Positions 55,461 to 64,000 of a DNA stretch of 64,000 nucleotides are shown in pieces. Source of the DNA: the human T2T-CHM13v2.0 reference genome, Homo sapiens; the NCBI RefSeq assembly GCF_009914755.1, contig NC_060927.1, one strand, 5' to 3'. The notes below the pieces were generated by a model. That model did no database searches. It was not told the DNA's origin and saw only the letters and a program-made list of their open reading frames with translations. Each line of letters starts with the position of its first letter. The stretch's first letter is position 1. A program made the position numbers and the translations under genes.

Positions 55461-55550
55461 CTAAGATTAGGTCTAGTTGCAAGCTGTAATATATAGCCAT
55501 GTGTACTTTGTAATGAATGCCCTTTTCTTGAAAATACCTAAGTGAATCTC

Positions 55551-56020
55551 TGTGTATACCGACTGCCCAAAATGGGCCAAATTCTCTGTCTCCCCCTGTA
55601 TCTCCCTGATCAATACCCCTTTGCAATGTGACTTTGTAGGTCCTCTAATCAAATATCTATTTTCATACCCTTTGAATTTGGGCTGGTCTTGTCACTTCTT
55701 TTGACAATAAAATGCAATAGAAGTGATAGTGAACCAGTTCCAAGTCTGGGTCTTAACAGGTGCATGATTTTGTCCTATTTTTGGAATCCTTGCCAGTGCC
55801 ACAAAAACAAATGTTGAAGAATGAGAGAAACCATGTGAAAGAGAACAGTCATTCCAGCCATCCAAGTCATCCAAGCCCCTTCAACAACAGCTGACCTTCA
55901 AGCACATAAGAGAGCCCACTTAAGATCAGCAGACCTGCCTACCCAACCTAGAGCTGATTACAAACATATGAAGCAGCTCATCCCAGGTCAGAAGAACTTC
56001 CTAGCCAATACATAGGATTT
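55551..56020 (+). mobile_element. MLT1F-like LTR (3' end truncated by an L1)
   Basis: cccctttgcaatgtgactttg...cccttt gaatttgggctggtcttg...gaagtgatagtgaaccagttccaag. Confidence 0.7.
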
Positions 56021-56682
56021 TTGTTCTTTGGTGTGTTCATATGGTAGATTATATTGGTTCATTTTCAAATACTGAGCCATCCTTGCATTCTCAGGATAAA
56101 TCCCACTTTGTTGTATTGCATTATTCTTTTTATATATTCTTGGATTCAATTTGCTGATATTTTGTTGAAGATTTTTGTATCAATGTCACTGGTCTATCTT
56201 CTTTTCTTGTACTATCTTTGGTTTTTGTATCAAAGTAATGTTAGAGTTGTATCATGAGTTTGGAAGTATTCCCTCCTTGTTTATTTTATATAAGAGATTT
56301 TGTAGAAATGGTGCTTTGGTCTTCATTAAGTGTTTGGCAGAATTCACTAGTAAAGCTCTCTGGGTCTAAAGTTTTGGGATTTGGTTTTGTTATTGACTTT
56401 TGTTTTCTGTGGGATTTTTTTTTGAAGATTCCTAAATATGAATTCAATCTCTTTAAAAGATATAGGACTATTTTTTCTTAAATAACTTTTGCTAATTTTT
56501 TTTCTTTCAAGGAATTGGTCCATATTATCTATGTTGTTGAATTTATGTGTATAGAGTTATTTATAGATTTTTCTTATTACCATTTTAAAGTCTGCAGCGT
56601 CTGTAGTAATATTCCTATTTCATTTCTGATGTTGATTATTTGTGTCTTTTATTTTTTCCCTGGAGCGTATGGATAGATGTAT

Positions 56683-57034
56683 TGTATTAGCCTGTTCTCA
56701 CACTGCTATTAAAGACATACCCAAGACTGGATAATTTAAACAAGAAAAAGGGTTTAATGGACTTACAGTTATACATGGCTTGGGAGGTCTTACAATCATG
56801 GTAGAAGGCAAGGAGGAGCAAGTCACATGTTATGTGGATGGCGGCAGGAAAAGAGAGAGCTCGTGCAGGGGAACTCTTTTTAAAACCATCTGATCTTGTG
56901 AGATTTATTCACTATCCTGAGAACAGCACAGGAAAGACCTGCCGCCATGATTCAATTACCTCTCACCGGTTCTCTCCCACAACACATGGGAATTCGAGAT
57001 GAGATTTGGGTGGGGACAAAACGAAACCATATCA
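56683..57034 (-). mobile_element. THE1B-like solo LTR
   Basis: tgtattagcctgttctcacactgct...aaagacatacccaagactgg...aaaccatatca; TSD tgtat / ggtat. Confidence 0.93.
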
Positions 57035-57398
57035 GGTATTATGTATGTATTATTGATGTTTTCAAATAATTGCCTCTTTGTTTCATTGACTTTTCCCTAT
57101 TTTTCTGTTTTCTATTTTATTGATTTATGCTTTTATATTTATTATGTCTTTCCTTTAGCTTTCTTTTGAGCTTATTTTGCTCTTCTTTTACTAGTTGCTT
57201 AAGGTGGAAGCTTACAGATTTGAAACTTTTCTTCTTTTTTAATATGTGCACTTAATGCCAAAAATTTGAATCTAAACACTGCTTTAGCTGCATCCCACAT
57301 ATTTTAATACGATGTGTTTTTATTTATTTCAAAATATTTTTTAATTTGCCTTAAGATTTCCTCTTTGATTCATAAATTATCTGGAATTATGTGTTTAA

Positions 57399-57800
<402 letters not shown>

Positions 57801-60586
57801 TGATTTCTAGTTTGTTTTCATTAAGGTCAGAGAACATACTTTGAGTTATTTCAATTCTTTTACATTTATTCAAGATTGTTTTATTATTGAAGATATGGTT
57901 TATCATGATGAATATTCATATGGACCTAAAAATAATGTGCATTTTGCTATTGGTAAGTAAAGTGTTTTTTAATGTCAATTAGATCAAGCTGGTTGATGGT
58001 GTTACTTAGATCTTCTATACCCTTGCTGATTGTCTACTTTTTTGATTAGCTGGTAAACTAGAAGCATTGAAGTTACCAACAGTAATTGGATTTGTCTATT
58101 TCTCTTTTCAGTTCTATTAGTACTTGCTGTATGTATTTGAAGTCTTCAACTATGGTAGTTGGATTTGTCTATTTCTTCTTGCAATCTTTTAGTTTTTGTC
58201 TAATTTATTTTAACAGTGTGTTTTTTGGTGCATACACAGTAAGGATTGTTATGTCTTCCTACAGAATTTGCCCCTTTATTATTACGTAATGCCCTCCTTT
58301 GTCCATAATAATTTTCCTTGCTCTGAAGTCTGCTGTGTCTGAAGTTAATATAACTACTCTAGCTTTCTTTTCATTAGTGTTAGCATGGCATAACTTTCTC
58401 CATCTCTTTATTTAAACCCTATCTGTCTTAATATTTAATGGGAGTTTCTTGTAAGACAATACATAGTTGGGTCTTATTTTGTGTCCACTTTAACAGTTTC
58501 TGTCTTTTAATTAGTGTATTTAGACCATTTACATTTAAAGTGATTTTGGTATATTTGGATGAATATCTACCATATTTGTAACTGTTTTCTATGTGTAGCC
58601 TTTGTGTCTCCTCTTTTTTTGGTATTTCCTTCTTTTTCTGCCTTCTCTGGTTTTAATTGAGCATTTTATACCATTCTATTTTCTCTCCTCTCTTAGCATT
58701 CAATTATCCTTCTTTTTAAAAATTTTTACTGGTTGCCTAGAGTTTGCAATATACATTTACAACTAATCTAAGTCCACTTTCAAACAACACTGTACCACTT
58801 CATAGCTAGTACAGTTATCTTGTAATACAATATGCCCAATCCCTCCCTTCCATCCCTTATGAAATTGCTGCCCTTTGTGTCACTATCCATAAGGTATATC
58901 ATCCAATATATTATTATTTTTAACAAACTGTTAACTATTGTTAGAGCAATTAAGGATAAGAAAAGATTTTATTTTACCCTCATAATTTCTTCTCTAACAC
59001 TCTTCCTTTCTTTATGTAGATCTGAGTTTCTGACCTATATTATTTCCTTCACTCTAAAGAAATTATTTTAACATTTCTTACAAGGCATGTCTTGGGACAA
59101 ATTCCTTCACTTTTATCTAAAATGTCTTATTTCATTTTCACTTTTAAGGGATAATTTTTCTAGACACATAATTCTAAGTGGATAGCTTTTTTCTTTTGAC
59201 ACTTTAAATCTTGTACTTTACATTCTTCTTGCTTGCATCATTTCTGAAGAGAAGTCTAGTGTAATTCTTATCCTCATTATTTATAGGTAAGGTGGTTTTC
59301 TTCCCCTGGCTTCTTTGAAGATTTGTGTCTTTGATTTTCTGTAGTTTGAATATGATGTGCTTTGGTGTCAGGATTTTTGTTTTGTTTTTGTTTTACTATG
59401 TATCCTACTTGATGTTCTCTAACCTTCCTGGATCTGTGGTTTGTTGGATGTCATTAATTTTGGAAAATTCTCAGACATTATTATTCCAAGTATTTCTTCT
59501 GTTCCTTTCACTTTTTTGCCTCTGGTATTCCCACTACATGTATATTATACCTTTTGTAATTGTCCTAGATTTCTTGGATATTCTGTTCCAGTTTTTCATT
59601 CTTATTTCTCTTTGCCTTTCAGTTCACCCCGTTTCTATGAACACATCTTTAAGCCCACTGATTCTGTCCTCGGCCATGTCCAATTTACTGATGAGTCCCT
59701 TAAAGGCATTCCTCATTTCTGTTATCATGTTTTTTATTTCTAGTATTTCATTTTGATGCTTTTTTAGAGTTTACATCTTTCTGCTACATTTTTTTCTTCT
59801 AGCACCCTTAGTATATTAATCATAGTTACTTTAAATTCCTCATGTGATAATTCCAAAATTTCTGCCACATCTGAATCTGGTTCTGACATTTCCTTTGTCT
59901 TCTCAGAATACGTTTTTTGCTAGAAGCAGTTTCTTGACTTCTAAGCAACATTATCTTCCTTATGTTGCTTTTCCAGTCATTCCGGGACTTTTGCTATGTT
60001 AAATCCCTCTCTGTTTAAACTACCTGGAAAGGTTTCAATTTTCCTATTCGATGATGACTGGGACAATAGATGAAGTAGGGTCCTCACATGTGGTCTCTGG
60101 GGATGCCATGCATAAGCAGCTAAAAGAGTTCTTATTAATACAATTGGAGAAAAATATATTTTTTAAGTTGCGCCTTGGGGAGCAGCAAAGAGATCAAGTT
60201 TATCACTGCAGTACAAATGATAAAAGAAAACAGAAGCTTAAATCCATAAATTTGCTTGTGCTCTTGTCCTGCTCTTAAGTATGCTATTTAGCCTGAACAT
60301 GATATACACAGCTATTAAAATTAAATATGAACCCTGTGACATCTAGTATGATGAGGAAACTGTGACCACCACCACTGGCATCAGGCCATAATCATACAGT
60401 CTGTGGCACTGCCACATCCATGCCAGGAATTCTAACTCACAGCCTTAAAATTTTTTAATTTAAAAAAATTATTAAAAATTAAAGGGAAAAACTACAGTTG
60501 ATGTCCTTCAATAGGTGAATGGATAAATAATAACTGTAGTCCATCTGTACAATGAAATATTATTCAGCATAAAAAAATAGTTATCA

Positions 60587-60981
<395 letters not shown>

Positions 60982-61609
60982 TTAGAGATAGAGCCATTAG
61001 TTAATCCATATAACAAGAGGAGAATCATATTTTCTCATAAATTTCATCCTTTCATGCATTCCCATGGGAGCCAAAAAGTTAAGACATTATTATATCAGAA
61101 ATAAAAACCATAGGTTGAATTACCCCACAAGTAGGACTGTTCCTAAGGCAGGTTTTTAAATCTTCTGTTTTGTAGAAATTAATCCTTCCACAAACATAAC
61201 AGAAACTGCAAGCTTAACTTCATATTTATATAAAGAGAAGGAGAGAAAGGAACACAGACCAATATACACATACCATTTTAGAAAGCGGTGTCTTGCAAAC
61301 ACAATCACATTTTGCTTCTTCATGCTAAATCAAGATTGCAGGGTCATTCAGAAGTGAAATTAAATGAGGGAATGATAACAATATGCTTGAGTAGTTTTAT
61401 TTGTGCCAGTCTGGAAAAGTATATTACACCCCAAAGAAACAAATAATAGTACAGCTGAATGACAGCATATTTATTGCTTATTGCAAGAAAAAAAATGAAT
61501 TATTTCAAAGCCATAAAACTATATTTGATAAATATGTTTAAGACAATAAACATAAACAAATCTTTGTTTATAATATGACCTTACTCAAACTATAGTTCAT
61601 CCATGCTTC

Positions 61610-61863
61610 TGTGATGGTTAGTTAAAGCTAGACTCTGATTGAATAAGCAAAAGAGATTTTTCAAAGGATGGTAAGTAGTTCACAAAATCCTCTGGAAATC
61701 TCGAGAAACAGGCTTGAGATGAGCTCCCAGGAACAATTCCTAAACCCACACTGCAGAACTAGTCTGATGACAAAAATGTTATCACTACCACTGCCACCAA
61801 GCAGTATTTATGAGTTCGTACCACTACCACATCCATGCCAGAAATTCTACCTCACAGCCTTAA
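61610..61863 (-). mobile_element. Old MLT1 (N/O-like) LTR fragment
   Basis: gactctgattgaataagcaaaagagattt...cccacactgcagaactagtctgatga. Confidence 0.45.
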
Positions 61864-61869
61864 CCTCCC

Positions 61870-62272
61870 AAGAGAGAGATTTATTTTAAGGACTTGGCTC
61901 ACATGACTGCAAAGGCTTAGCAAGTACAAAATCTGATAGGGTAGACCAGCTGGGAGGAATTGCAGTAAGTCCAAAGGCAGTCGCTTGAGACCCAGAGAAC
62001 AGCCAATGTTGTGGCTGGAATCCAAAGGCCATCTGCTGGCAAAATTCCGCCTTGCTTGGGGAGAGGCTAGACTTTTGTTCTATTTAGGCCTTCAACTGAT
62101 TGGATGAGGCCCACCCACACAATGAAGGGCAATCTGATTTGCTCAAAGTCCCAATTTAAATATTAATCACATTCAAAAACACCTTTATAAAAACATCCAG
62201 AATCTAGATAGTTTGACCAAATATCTAGATGCCATGGCCCAGCCAAGTCAACACATACAATTAACCATCATG
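61870..62272 (-). mobile_element. MLT2 (ERVL) LTR
   Basis: gatttattttaaggacttggctcaca...ggccttcaactgattggatgaggcccacccaca...gccaagtcaacacatacaattaaccatca. Confidence 0.88.
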
Positions 62273-62329
62273 TTATTCCAGCTCTATTCTGTCACAAGCT
62301 TTTGGGTAAAGGTTTGGCAAAGATCTGAT

Positions 62330-62795
62330 GAACAAAGTGAATCAAGCAGGAAAAAGAGGACACACTCAGAAAGATACTTTCAGAAAGTTTATTAGGGGGG
62401 CTGTTTGCAATGGTGTGGGAAAGGATGGTAAAGCACCCAAAAACTAGCGACAGGGGGAAAACATTACTGCACCTAGATCTGAAGGGCCAAGGGAAAGGAG
62501 CTATTCTGGAACCTGGTGACAGCTTCCCTTCCCAAGCTGGGCTCTTAGGTATAGAAATGTAACAACAGTAGGAACACTGCTCAGCATAGATGGAGCTGGG
62601 GGTTAATGTCCCCACTGCACTCCCCTCCCACTCTCCAACTGCCTGCCATTGCTGCCATTGGCCAAACCCAACCAGAAGCAAGAGACAAGGAAACCTTGGT
62701 GATGTAGTCCATCCAAGTCAGCCTCCTGGAGGACAGGAAAGGTAGAGAATGGTGGAGAGTGGATCTGGAGGGACAAACAGAAGAAACCCATATCA
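62330..62795 (-). mobile_element. LTR41-like ERVL LTR
   Basis: cattggccaaacccaaccagaagc...ggagagtggatctggagggacaaacagaa. Confidence 0.7.
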
Positions 62796-62978
62796 CCCAA
62801 AGCCTAGCTCAGAGGCCTGAGCACCAGCTGTTGGAGAGACCAGGAAGGTGAGCTCTGCCTTCTACCTTCAGGAGGTGGATTTTAAATGATGGAAAATTCC
62901 AAGGTAGAAAAAAGGAAGGTGTTCCAGTGATGCTGGGTGGCTACAAGCAGGACAACTGGACAACTGTCCTCTTTAAAC

Positions 62979-63058
62979 TCAGTTGGGTACTGTTCCCAAT
63001 ATCATGGACATCTTCAACATCAGTTGGGTACTGCTCCCAAAATCATGGACATCTTCAA
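62979..63058. repeat. Tandem duplication with a 41-bp period (2 copies)
   Basis: tcagttgggtactg(t/c)tcccaa(t/a)atcatggacatcttcaa, twice. Confidence 0.92.
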
Positions 63059-63483
63059 GCAGTAGCCACTGCTGTGGTACACATCTCTCAAGGGTACCTC
63101 CTCACATGCAGGCCTTTCTCTTCTCTTCTAGAATTTTCTTTCTCCTAGGACCACAAACTCTTTGCATTTTCATCCAGGCCAATATCTTTTCTCTTGGAGG
63201 AGATTAGACATTTCCTAATATTATCTGAGAGAAAGAAACAAGAAACAAATGAACACACTTGCACAAAATTAAAACTTTTCATTCCAGCAAGGACACTCTG
63301 AATATATAATTTAGTGCCCAAATCTCCTATTTAATCTTAGAAATACTCAAAGTCAAAGGACCTTGGCCTGACTCCAGGAGAGATTCAGAAAGGACACACA
63401 GCAGCCTCCTGCTGTCCCTGTGGCAGCTCAGGTGATGAACCACCAATCTGCAGTTTGGGGCAATGGAAACTGGCATCAGCCTA

Positions 63484-64000
63484 TGTGGTGAATTCTCAGG
63501 GTTTTATCTTGCCTTGGCATTCATTTTGAATACAAGTTTAACTTTCTCATACCAGAAGCAGGGCTCAGTCATCCTGGACACAGTTTCCAGTTCTACACCA
63601 CATGCAAATGGCTCAAGCCAGTGGCCAGAGATAAGAACTTAGAGGTATCTCTCCCACCTGGCAGACTGGGCTCCCTGTTTTCCTGCCACTTCTTTCAAAC
63701 GGATGATTCAGACGTTTGCCTGCAAACTTAAAGTGATCCACATTATTCTCTTATACATGCTCTAGTTGCCACATGCTCACTCTCGTGTTCTTGCTCTCTC
63801 GCTGTCTCTCTCTCTCTCTCTCTCTATCTGCCTGAGCCTTCTTTACTGCCTTAGGTGATCCGGGGACAAAAGACTGCCCTCCTGACTCATTATGTCCTCC
63901 TTGCTCGGAAAGTAAAAATCTTTGAACTTGTTTCCTCTTTGGTGATGTATTGAATTTGCACATTTCATCTGAAGAATCAGGGGCTTCCCCAAACCAGGTT
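63484..64000 (+). mobile_element. ERVL LTR of the LTR53/MER54/MER74 group (runs to the window end)
   Basis: tgtggtgaattc...ttttgaatacaagtttaactttctcataccagaagcagggctcagtca...gacacagtttccagttct. Confidence 0.75.

Overview
This is AT-rich, CpG-poor mammalian DNA from a primate: it carries AluJ/AluS, THE1, MST and L1PA elements. It reads as an intergenic or intronic region tiled with transposable-element fossils (Alu, MIR, L1, L2, CR1, MaLR/ERVL LTRs, hAT and Tigger DNA transposons). I see no intact protein-coding gene, structural RNA gene, CpG island or CRISPR array. Almost all ORFs in the track come from repeats or chance. The most informative feature is a near full-length, intronless, heavily decayed retrocopy of the cTAGE5 (MIA2) mRNA on the minus strand (~13055-17100). 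It includes the 3'UTR and polyA signal, appears to derive from an exon-skipped isoform, and is interrupted by a complete Charlie1a-type hAT transposon, which suggests it is very old. Other notable structures are a ~315-bp AT-rich fold-back palindrome inside an old L1, a templated insertion into the polyA signal of an LTR16, a 312-bp pure-purine tract grown from an Alu tail, several short local duplications, and a few candidate enhancer or exon signals. I did not find convincing evidence of a new biological system. Repeat subfamily names and parent-protein comparisons come from my recall of consensus sequences, not from database searches. Boundaries of old elements are approximate.
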